64,000 nucleotides of DNA from Bacteroidales bacterium (GTDB taxonomy: Bacteria; Bacteroidota; Bacteroidia; Bacteroidales; UBA3824): contig JAEERW010000009.1 in assembly GCA_016286055.1 (NCBI GenBank), positions 28,592-92,591 on the forward strand, read 5' to 3'. The translations under genes and the position numbers were made by a program. The stretch's first letter is position 1, and each line of letters opens with the position of its first letter. The notes under the pieces were generated by a model. It saw nothing but the letters and a program-made list of their open reading frames with translations, ran no database searches and was not told the origin of the DNA. Shown one piece after another: positions 10,980-18,834 of the stretch.

Positions 10980-11993
10980 CTACAACTCCTCGGCAACAAA
11001 TCCTGAGGTTTGAGTAGTGGCAAAACTGCCGTCTTGAGTTGCATAAATGAAATAACCCTCGGTATCGGGCAAAGAATCCAACAGTCGGAAACCTTTTTCC
11101 AATCCAAGCACCATCACTGTGGTGGCAAGTCCGTCGGCATTAACAGCATCGGGGGCAATCACTGCCACGCTCAAAAGACTGTCGCGCTTTGGATAGCCCG
11201 TAACGGGGTCGAGCTCGTGAGTGTATTTTACTCCGTTTTCTACAAAAAAATTACGGTAATTGCCTGATGTACAAAGCGATTTACCAGAGAGCGAAACTAC
11301 CGCCTGAATAACGCGGTCTTCTTCGGTAGAGCCGTCGATAGGTCTGTCGATTCCCACGCGCCACGGCTGCACAGATGCGTTTACGCCCTTGGCAAAAACC
11401 TCCCCTCCTATCTCCACAAGATAATCGGTATAGCCAAGAGAATCAAACCAACGCGCCACCTCGTCAACGCTGTATCCCTGCGCATTTGCGTTAAAAATCA
11501 ACGTGATACGGGGATCAGACTTGATTACACGACCGTTTTGAATAGTAACCTTGTCGAGTCCAACAAAGTCGAGAACGCTGTCAATCTCATTTTGCGAAGG
11601 ACGGCGCATATCTTTATGTTTACCAAACCCCCAAAGCGAAACCAAGGGCGAAACCGTAGGGTCAAACGCCTTACCGCTTATATTGTAAAGGTGTAGCGAA
11701 TTATCAAAAATCTCTTTGAAAAAACGGTCTACTATGATAGAAGTATCGTTGTTGTTGATTTTGGTTAGCTGCGACTCTTTGTTGTAAGCCGACATTGACA
11801 GGTCGAAAGCGGCAAGAATAGAATCAATCTGCGGTGTGAGGTCTTCGCCGTTAAAACTTTTGTAAGTAATATGCCAAGTGGTTCCTTGCGCAAAACCTTG
11901 AACCATAATGTATTTGCCAGAATTAGAATTATTAGTACAACCTGTGACGCACAAAACGGCAAACACGCATAACAGCTTAATTTTCTGAAACAT
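10980..11993 (-). CDS. apbE: FAD:protein FMN transferase (ApbE family lipoprotein)
   Basis: ApbE-like sequence runs throughout (GYSVDEVARWF, GGEVFAKG, SLCTSGNYRNFF, DGLATTVMVLG). The start is set at the ATG at 11993, giving the lipoprotein signal MFQKIKLLCVFAVLCVTGC. This start overlaps the upstream cheW-like gene by 17 nt. Confidence 0.8.
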   Translation of the reverse strand: MFQKIKLLCVFAVLCVTGCTNNSNSGKYIMVQGFAQGTTWHITYKSFNGEDLTPQIDSILAAFDLSMSAYNKESQLTKINNNDTSIIVDRFFKEIFDNSLHLYNISGKAFDPTVSPLVSLWGFGKHKDMRRPSQNEIDSVLDFVGLDKVTIQNGRVIKSDPRITLIFNANAQGYSVDEVARWFDSLGYTDYLVEIGGEVFAKGVNASVQPWRVGIDRPIDGSTEEDRVIQAVVSLSGKSLCTSGNYRNFFVENGVKYTHELDPVTGYPKRDSLLSVAVIAPDAVNADGLATTVMVLGLEKGFRLLDSLPDTEGYFIYATQDGSFATTQTSGFVAEEL

Positions 11994-12477
11994 TGTTGGT
12001 AATATTGGAATAATCTTCGTTTGAAATAAACTTTGCAGGTGAAACCACAATTATGTATTCGTTGTCGTGCTCAATAATACCTTTAATATATGAAGGTGAG
12101 CCAATATCCGAAGGCATAACATCCACCTCGCGGATCTCAGCACGCGAATATTCACCCACCGAAAGCACTTTGCTTACAAGAGCTCCAAAAGTACGGTTTA
12201 TGCCATCCACTTCTACCTCAAACACCACTATATAAGAATAGGAATTATCACCATTGAAAGGCAATGCAAGACGTTTAACTGTGTCAATAATAGGAATTAC
12301 TTTACCTCTAAAATGGGCTATACCAGCAATATACGTTGAAGCATCAGGCAAAGAAATAAGAGATTCGGTAAGTACAACTTCGAGCACACAATTCACAGGC
12401 GCAGCGTAAAGATGTCCGCCAACACGGTAAACCATATAGGCATCTTTATTCTGGACTGTGGGTGCTGACTGTGGCAT
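11977..12477 (-). CDS. CheW-like domain protein
   Basis: The protein is a single CheW domain (VYRVGGHLYAAPVNCVLEVV...LPDASTYIAGIAHFRGKVIPIIDTVKRL...GALVSKVLSV). The start is set at 12477 (MPQSAP) because the longer ORF would run into the SRP RNA. Confidence 0.7.
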   Translation of the reverse strand: MPQSAPTVQNKDAYMVYRVGGHLYAAPVNCVLEVVLTESLISLPDASTYIAGIAHFRGKVIPIIDTVKRLALPFNGDNSYSYIVVFEVEVDGINRTFGALVSKVLSVGEYSRAEIREVDVMPSDIGSPSYIKGIIEHDNEYIIVVSPAKFISNEDYSNITNNVSEN

Positions 12478-12504
12478 AGGATTAGGATTTAATAGATATA
12501 AAAA

Positions 12505-12606
12505 AAGGAGCAAGCTCCTTAAAACGCACCGCTACAACCGCTTACCCTTGCTACCTTCCGATCCTGGGGGAGTTTGCAGGAGCTGGTCGAATAAGACTTA
12601 CTCCGA
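12505..12606 (-). ncRNA. ffs: signal recognition particle RNA (small bacterial 4.5S type)
   Basis: The minus strand reads ...CCAGCUCCUGCAAACUCCCCCAGGAUCGGAAGGUAGCAAGGGUAAGCGG.... This contains the conserved domain IV with a GGAA tetraloop and flanking CAGG / AGCA motifs. The 5' GGAGUAAG pairs with the 3' CUUGCUCC to close a balanced ~45/49-nt hairpin, which is followed by a U-run. The ends are approximate. Confidence 0.8.
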
Positions 12607-12609
12607 GTG

Positions 12610-12617
12610 CAAAAGTA
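12610..12617 (-). promoter_or_regulatory. Bacteroidetes -7 promoter box (TACTTTTG) for the SRP RNA
   Basis: An exact TAnnTTTG match lies a few nt upstream of the predicted RNA 5' end. Confidence 0.5.
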
Positions 12618-12718
12618 TAAATGTTTTTGCATTCTAAAAACTTTTTTGGAGTTTTTTTTAATAAAAAAAAAGACGGCAATATAAACTTATGACAATAAGT
12701 ATATTACCGTCAAAAAAA

Positions 12719-14050
12719 TTATTTTGTAAGGCTTGCAATGGCTTGCGCTACTTTTTCAAATTCAAATTGCTTAAACACGCTGTTGAACTGTGCCTGAATT
12801 TTATCGTTGCAAAGATTGCCAATACTACCTATATGTGTATGGTTCAAAGGTTTATCCCAATGGAATTTACCTTCAAACACCTGATGACCTACCTCTTTGT
12901 AGGCATCGCGGAATGGCACGCCTTGCACCACCATTTCGTTTAATGCCTCAACGGTGAAAATGGGCTGATACATTTCGTTTTTGAGAATATCTTCGCGAGG
13001 CTGGATTTTTGGAAGAATAAATTCCATAAAATCCAAACACATCTGCATACGCTCAAACACAGGCAGATAACTCTCTTTTAAGAGTTGAAGGTCGCGAAAA
13101 TATCCGCAAGTAAGATTGCCGGTAATGCGGTTGAGTTCAAAAGGCAACACGCTGATTTTGTTGCAGTAACCGCGCATAAGTTCAAACACGTCGGGGTTGG
13201 CTTTGTGAGGCATAATCGATGAGCCAGTTGTGTATTCCTTGGGTAAGGAAATAAACTTAAAGTTCTGACTCATAAACAAGCAGCAGTCGGCGGCAAATTT
13301 AGCCAAAGTCTGCGACACCTGAGCCAAAGCGGTTGCCACCACGGTCTCCACCTTGCCGCGGGTCATCTGTGCGTAAACCGAATTGTAGTCGGGTGAATCA
13401 AAACCGAGCAAATCAGAAGTGCGCTGACGATCAATCGGGAACGACGAACCATATCCAGCCGCGCTACCGAGAGGATTACGATTGTTGATTTTCCAAGCCG
13501 AAAGAAGTGTCCAAATATCGTCGGCAAGACTTTCGGCATAGCATCCGAACCAAAGTCCAAAACTGCTCGGCATAGCAATTTGCAAATGCGTATATCCGGG
13601 CAGAAGCACATTTTTGTATTTTTCGCTTAATAATATAAAGGTGTCGAAAACGCCTTTTACGGTTTCGATAATTTTTTGCAGTTTGGCGCGGGTAAAAAGT
13701 CTTACCGCAGTTACCACTTGGTCGTTGCGGCTGCGGGCGGTGTGAATACGCTTGCCAGGGTCGCCGAGTTTTTCGGTAAGGATAAACTCGATTTGCGAGT
13801 GCACATCTTCCACATCGTCGGCAATGGTGAATTTGCCGTCGCAGGCGGTCTTGTAAATATTTTTAAGTTCGGCTTGCAGTTTGGCATTGTCGTCCTTGCT
13901 CAGGAGACCGCATTCAGAGAGCATCTGAGCGTGAGCCATACAGCCGAGAGTATCATATTCAGCGAGATAAAGATCCATCTCGCGGTCTTTGCCGACAGTA
14001 AAAGTGTTTACAAATTCGGCGGTATCAAAACCTTTGTCCCAAAGTTTCAT
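12719..14050 (-). CDS. argH: argininosuccinate lyase
   Basis: MKLWDKGF..., GYTHLQIAMP and GSSIMPHKANPD are lyase-1 family signatures in an ArgH context, and the gene sits directly downstream of argR. Confidence 0.9.
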   Translation of the reverse strand: MKLWDKGFDTAEFVNTFTVGKDREMDLYLAEYDTLGCMAHAQMLSECGLLSKDDNAKLQAELKNIYKTACDGKFTIADDVEDVHSQIEFILTEKLGDPGKRIHTARSRNDQVVTAVRLFTRAKLQKIIETVKGVFDTFILLSEKYKNVLLPGYTHLQIAMPSSFGLWFGCYAESLADDIWTLLSAWKINNRNPLGSAAGYGSSFPIDRQRTSDLLGFDSPDYNSVYAQMTRGKVETVVATALAQVSQTLAKFAADCCLFMSQNFKFISLPKEYTTGSSIMPHKANPDVFELMRGYCNKISVLPFELNRITGNLTCGYFRDLQLLKESYLPVFERMQMCLDFMEFILPKIQPREDILKNEMYQPIFTVEALNEMVVQGVPFRDAYKEVGHQVFEGKFHWDKPLNHTHIGSIGNLCNDKIQAQFNSVFKQFEFEKVAQAIASLTK

Positions 14051-14060
14051 TGTATATTAT

Positions 14061-14531
14061 TTATTCATTCAAAAACTTATTCTTGATATATTGAAATTCT
14101 CTAACGAGATAATCCTTTACCTGACGTTTTGAAAAGCCGTCGCGGATGATGATAAGGATGGTGTCGTCGCCGGAGATGGTGCCGGCAATGGGAGGAAGCA
14201 TTTTGGCATCTATCTGTGCCGAAACAGCGTTGGCATAGCCCGAAATGGTTTTCAACACTGCCATATTGTTGCCCGAAAACTCTACCGAAACCACTTCGTT
14301 GCTGAGCACGGCGGTAGATTTGGCGGCTTCGGGCGGAATTTTATAAATATATCCGTTGTTGCCGTCGGGTATGCGCGAAGCCTGAATCTCTTTGAGATAG
14401 CGGCTGAGACTTGCTTGGGTAAGTGTGATGCCGCGTTCGCGAAGGCGGTCGATTATGTCGTTTTGCGAGCGCACTGTTTCGCTCTCAATTATCTGACTAA
14501 TAATAGATATGCGGTTTTGCTTGCTGTTCAT
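14061..14531 (-). CDS. argR: arginine repressor
   Basis: The ~156-aa length, the N-terminal winged helix (RISIISQIIESETVRSQNDIIDRLRERGITLTQASLSRYLKEI) and the C-terminal GTISGDDTILII oligomerisation/arginine-binding motif fit ArgR. Confidence 0.85.
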   Translation of the reverse strand: MNSKQNRISIISQIIESETVRSQNDIIDRLRERGITLTQASLSRYLKEIQASRIPDGNNGYIYKIPPEAAKSTAVLSNEVVSVEFSGNNMAVLKTISGYANAVSAQIDAKMLPPIAGTISGDDTILIIIRDGFSKRQVKDYLVREFQYIKNKFLNE

Positions 14532-14807
14532 AAGGTGTATATTTATGCACTTTCGACTGCAAAAATATCGTATTTTTTTGTATAAAAAAACATTTTGCTT
14601 AGGATTTTACACTCCGATTTTTTCGACCGAAAGATTTTTGAAGTCCAAAATAGTACGTTAAAAAATTTCGACTTTTGTTTGCAGAAAATTAATATTCTAA
14701 AAATCTTTATAATTTTACACCAAGATAAATAACTAATAATAAAATATTTAACATTAATTAAAGAAAAATTTTTGAAATAAATATTTTTCAAATTCGAAAA
14801 ATTATAA

Positions 14808-14815
14808 TACCTTTG
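14808..14815 (+). promoter_or_regulatory. -7 promoter box TACCTTTG upstream of the acyl-CoA ligase gene
   Basis: An exact TAnnTTTG lies 64 nt upstream of the ATG at 14879. Confidence 0.45.
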
Positions 14816-14878
14816 CAGCGTAATAAAAAAAATCGACCGAGTGTTTTTAAGAAACAAAAAATAATAAAGTATTAAGCT

Positions 14879-16678
14879 ATGACAGACGTAAAAAGAATAT
14901 TCGACCTTTTGGACTATTGCTGCGAAAAATACAATCGCAACGACGCTCTTGCCTGCAAAGTTTCGGGCAACGGATGGCGCACATATAGTTACAACGATTA
15001 TCGCAATAAGGTTAACCTATTGAGTTACGGTCTGTTGGCTCTCGGCATCAAAAAAGGCGACACTGTGGTAACTGTATCCAACAACCGTCCCGAATGGAAC
15101 TTTGTGGATATGGCGATTGCGCAAACAGGTGCTATCCACGTGCCTGTATATCCCACCATTGGTGCCGACGATTACGAATATATTTTCAACCATTGCGAGT
15201 GCAAAATGGTGTTTGTGGCAGACGCTGCGGCTTACCGTCGTATGTCGTCGGTGGTGCCAAAAATCAAAACAATAGAAAAGGTGTTTTCATTTGCCGAAGT
15301 CGAAGGCGTTGAAAATATGGAGACAGTTTTGACTCTCGGCGAAAAAAGCAAGGTTTATTACGAGAAAGAACTTGAAAACATCAAAGCATCGGTCAACGAA
15401 GACGACGTGGTGTCAATCATCTACACATCAGGCACAACAGGACTTTCAAAGGGCGTGATGCTCACCCACAAGAATTTTGTAAGCAACTTTACAGCAGCAA
15501 GCAACGTAATTGGCGCGTTGGAGCAGGGCAAAGACAAAATCATCTCGATACTGCCCCTCTGCCACGTTTACGAACGCTGTTTCTGCTATATGTACCAATA
15601 CAACGGCATAGGAATCTACTATGCGCAAAACCTCGGAACTATTGTCCGCGACATCTGCGACATTCACGCCAACGGCTGCAACACCGTTCCCCGCATTGCT
15701 GAAAAGATTATCGAAAACATTATGAAAGAGGGCGCAAAGCTTACAGGCTGGCGCAAAAAAATGTTCGACCGCGCAGTAGAAGCAGGCTACCGTTTTGAGC
15801 ATTACAACGCTAACGGTTTAATTTACAACATAATGAACCGCGTTTACGATGCGTTTGTCTATCGTCGTTGGCGCAAATACTATTTTGGTGGCGCAATGAA
15901 ATTCTTTGGCTGTGGCGGTGCTGCGTTGCCCATTTCGCTCAGCCGTCTGCTTTGGGCAGCTGGTATCAAAGTGCAAGAGGGATATGGACTTACCGAAACC
16001 TCGCCCATTATTGCGCACTCAGTTCCTGGCAAAGGCGGACACAAGTTCACCTCGGTTGGTCCCATTGTAAGCAACGAAGATGTTAAGACCGACGAAGATG
16101 GCGAAATACTTGTAAAGGGTCCCAACGTGATGAAAGGCTACTACAAAAATCCCGAACTCACAGCTCAGGTCTTCACCGAAGACGGATATTTCCGCACCGG
16201 CGACATAGGTTATATTTCGGCAGGCAATTGTCTGCACATCACCGACCGCAAAAAAGACGTTTTCAAAACCTCAGGAGGCAAATATATTGCTCCTCAAATG
16301 CTTGAAGGCAAGTTTAAAGAGTCGAAATACATTTCGCAAATAATGATTGTGGGCGAAAACCAAAAATTTGCAAGCGCAGTGATTTCGCCTAACTTTGAGG
16401 AACTTGCAGCTTATTTGGCACAGGCAGGAGTAAAATACTCATCAAACGAAGAGATAATTTCCAACCCAACAATTGTTGCCCTTATCGACAGCGAAGTAAA
16501 ACGTATCAACAAGCTCAACGGCAAGCACGAAGAGGTTAAGCGTTACCGCCTTGTTCCTGACGTTTGGAGTGCAGAAACCGGCGAACTTTCACAGACACAG
16601 AAACTTAAACGCAAAGCCGTTACCGAAAAATACGCCGCCCTCATCGAAGAGATTTACAGCGTAGGCGCGGTGTCATAA
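14879..16678 (+). CDS. long-chain-fatty-acid--CoA ligase (AMP-binding enzyme)
   Basis: The AMP-binding motifs IYTSGTTGLSKGVMLTH, GYGLTETSP and TGDIG are present, and the ~600-aa length is typical of Bacteroidetes FadD-like ligases. Confidence 0.85.
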   Translation: MTDVKRIFDLLDYCCEKYNRNDALACKVSGNGWRTYSYNDYRNKVNLLSYGLLALGIKKGDTVVTVSNNRPEWNFVDMAIAQTGAIHVPVYPTIGADDYEYIFNHCECKMVFVADAAAYRRMSSVVPKIKTIEKVFSFAEVEGVENMETVLTLGEKSKVYYEKELENIKASVNEDDVVSIIYTSGTTGLSKGVMLTHKNFVSNFTAASNVIGALEQGKDKIISILPLCHVYERCFCYMYQYNGIGIYYAQNLGTIVRDICDIHANGCNTVPRIAEKIIENIMKEGAKLTGWRKKMFDRAVEAGYRFEHYNANGLIYNIMNRVYDAFVYRRWRKYYFGGAMKFFGCGGAALPISLSRLLWAAGIKVQEGYGLTETSPIIAHSVPGKGGHKFTSVGPIVSNEDVKTDEDGEILVKGPNVMKGYYKNPELTAQVFTEDGYFRTGDIGYISAGNCLHITDRKKDVFKTSGGKYIAPQMLEGKFKESKYISQIMIVGENQKFASAVISPNFEELAAYLAQAGVKYSSNEEIISNPTIVALIDSEVKRINKLNGKHEEVKRYRLVPDVWSAETGELSQTQKLKRKAVTEKYAALIEEIYSVGAVS

Positions 16679-17191
16679 TTCAATGTCGAGTTGTTGAAGG
16701 TATAGAATATTCTTATTTTGAGTAACAATTTTAATAATGGTGTTATATCCAAAATCAGCAATATCGTTTACGCTGCCTTTGATATAGAGGGTTGTGGATT
16801 TTCCCAATTTAAAAGCCGGATTAACTACCAATATTTCAGTACTATCAGTAATAGCCATAGTGGCAGTAGTGGGTTCAAGATTGATGACGATGTTTTTTCT
16901 ACCCTCAAAGCCGTGCCTTGTGGCGGCATATTCAATTGCAGCACTATCCGAAAGAATTTCTATACGGTCGAAAGTGATATTGTGTTTTTTATCTGCCCAT
17001 GTGTGACGGCGGAAATATGCCGTACAAGTATCTATTTTAAGTAGTTGCGCCTTTTGAATACTATCATTGCGAAGCGAATCAATCTTTTGTTGATTTTCCG
17101 CATCATTATATTTGCAACCCGTGCAAAAAGCCGCCGCAATTATCAAAGCTATTAACACCAAATGCGGCAGATGTTTAAAAACTTTTGCCAT
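16673..17191 (-). CDS. hypothetical lipoprotein
   Basis: A signal peptide with a lipobox-like AAFCTGC is present. I recognised no family. Confidence 0.5.
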   Translation of the reverse strand: MAKVFKHLPHLVLIALIIAAAFCTGCKYNDAENQQKIDSLRNDSIQKAQLLKIDTCTAYFRRHTWADKKHNITFDRIEILSDSAAIEYAATRHGFEGRKNIVINLEPTTATMAITDSTEILVVNPAFKLGKSTTLYIKGSVNDIADFGYNTIIKIVTQNKNILYLQQLDIEL

Positions 17192-17249
17192 AATTTTTCT
17201 ATGTTGATTATTTCGGTTGTAAAGTTAGTGATTTTTTTGGTTTAATTTA

Positions 17250-17257
17250 TACCTTTG
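17250..17257 (+). promoter_or_regulatory. -7 promoter box TACCTTTG
   Basis: An exact TAnnTTTG lies 24 nt upstream of the ATG at 17281. Confidence 0.5.
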
Positions 17258-17280
17258 CACACCGAAACTAAAAAAACAAT

Positions 17281-17793
17281 ATGCAACAACCCACAAAAAT
17301 AGATTTTTTACGGCACTCACTCACCTACGGAGCTATCACCGGCGCAGCAATGGCACTTGCCTCATTTCTTACAGAATTGGTTACTGGCAAAGTGGCGTTT
17401 GGAGGAATATTAATATATGTAGTGATGTCGATCGGTATTTTGATAGGACAAAAAGCCTGGACAATGTTGCTCCTGCCCAACAAGACATCATTTATGCAAT
17501 CGGCATTCCACGGTTTTATATGTGGCATGGGAGCATCGCTTATCAACTCGCTTTATTTGGTAATCGACTTAAAATTCCTGCATACCACAGCGTTAGACAC
17601 CATCACCGAACAAAGCATTCAAATGATACAGCAAATGCAAATGCTTTCGGAACAAGATATTCAAAACGCCACCTCAATGATTGAAACCTTGAAAATTCCT
17701 ATGACAATTATATCGTACTTATTTTACAATATGTTTATATCCGCACTATTCTCCGCAATTAGTGCAGGATTATCGCTAATGCAAAAAAAATAA
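17281..17793 (+). CDS. small multi-pass membrane protein (DUF4199-like)
   Basis: The protein is ~170 aa with four hydrophobic segments. Its position directly upstream of a GT2 gene matches the conserved DUF4199-GT2 pairing I recall in Bacteroidetes. The family call is from memory only. Confidence 0.55.
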   Translation: MQQPTKIDFLRHSLTYGAITGAAMALASFLTELVTGKVAFGGILIYVVMSIGILIGQKAWTMLLLPNKTSFMQSAFHGFICGMGASLINSLYLVIDLKFLHTTALDTITEQSIQMIQQMQMLSEQDIQNATSMIETLKIPMTIISYLFYNMFISALFSAISAGLSLMQKK

Positions 17794-17797
17794 ACCA

Positions 17798-18736
17798 ATG
17801 GACATTTCAGTAATAGTTCCCGTATACAACGAAGACGAATCATTGCCCGAACTCCGCGAATGGATAACTCGCGTAATGAACGAAAATAATTTTAGCTACG
17901 AAGTAATAATGGTAGACGACGGCAGCACCGACACCTCGTGGGAAATCATAGAAAAAATGTCTGCCACAGATAATCATATAAAAGGTGTAAAATTTCGCCG
18001 CAACTATGGCAAATCTGCCGCACTCAACACAGGATTCAAAAAGGCTCAGGGCGATGTTGTAATCACTATGGATGCCGATATGCAAGATAGTCCCGACGAA
18101 ATTCCAGAGCTCTACCGAATGGTAAAAGAAGAAAAATACGACGTGGTGTCGGGATGGAAGAAAAAACGCTACGACCCTATAAGCAAGACCGTTCCAAGCA
18201 AATTATTCAACTTTACAGCTCGCTTGGTAACAGGCATAAAGCTTCACGACTTCAACTGCGGACTCAAAGCCTACCGCAACACTGTGGTAAAGAGCATCGA
18301 AGTTTACGGCGAAATGCACCGCTACATACCTGTTCTGGCAAAACAAGCTGGATTCCGTCGCATTGGCGAAAAAGTGGTTCAGCACCGCAAACGCAAATAC
18401 GGAGTTACAAAATTCGGTCTTGAACGCTTTGTAAACGGTTATCTCGACCTCCTTACAGTTAGCATCGTAAGCAAATTTGGCAAAAGTCCTATGCATTTCT
18501 TTGGATTGTTGGGTTCGCTAAGTTTTCTCATCGGCTTTGGCATTCTCACCTATTTGAGTATAGCCAAATTTGCATGGAATCAATACCAAATGACCGACCG
18601 TCCGCTTTTCTATTTTGGATTGCTAACCATAATATTTGGTGCGCAATTATTTTTAACGGGATTTACTGCCGAACTTGTAACACGATCAGCAGCCGACCGC
18701 AACACATATCTAATAGAAGATACTGCGGGCAAATAA
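17798..18736 (+). CDS. family 2 glycosyltransferase (polyprenyl-phosphate glycosyltransferase type)
   Basis: ISVIVPVYNEDESL, VDDGSTD and the MDADMQDSP (DxD) motif are present, with two C-terminal TM helices as in DPM1/ArnC-like enzymes. Confidence 0.85.
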   Translation: MDISVIVPVYNEDESLPELREWITRVMNENNFSYEVIMVDDGSTDTSWEIIEKMSATDNHIKGVKFRRNYGKSAALNTGFKKAQGDVVITMDADMQDSPDEIPELYRMVKEEKYDVVSGWKKKRYDPISKTVPSKLFNFTARLVTGIKLHDFNCGLKAYRNTVVKSIEVYGEMHRYIPVLAKQAGFRRIGEKVVQHRKRKYGVTKFGLERFVNGYLDLLTVSIVSKFGKSPMHFFGLLGSLSFLIGFGILTYLSIAKFAWNQYQMTDRPLFYFGLLTIIFGAQLFLTGFTAELVTRSAADRNTYLIEDTAGK

Positions 18737-18821
18737 AAAATAACATACAACCTGCGTCTTTGGTACTTTTTTTGACGTAAAAAAATACGGAAAAAATATA
18801 TCCATGATTGTATTTTTTTCG

Positions 18822-18829
18822 TATATTTG
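18822..18829 (+). promoter_or_regulatory. -7 promoter box TATATTTG
   Basis: An exact TAnnTTTG lies just upstream of the ATG at 18835. This implies a very short leader, or use of the next ATG at 18856. Confidence 0.4.
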
Positions 18830-18834
18830 TAAAA

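Noticed and set aside
12478-12513. A longer start for the CheW-like ORF (MLLFLYLLNPNP...).
   Set aside because: The extension overlaps the 3' stem and U-tail of the SRP RNA. The ATG at 12477 gives a normal CheW N-terminus.
12498-12520. The small hairpin AAGGAG-caag-CTCCTT might have been a separate terminator.
   Set aside because: Its 3' half pairs better with the 5' end of the SRP RNA (GGAGUAAG / CUUGCUCC), closing the balanced SRP hairpin. I therefore folded it into the RNA gene.
14543-14857. A 104-aa minus-strand ORF in the argR / ligase intergenic region.
   Set aside because: It is encoded by extremely AT-rich DNA, giving Phe/Lys/Ile/Asn-rich pseudo-protein, and it overlaps the ligase promoter box. 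It is most likely non-coding.
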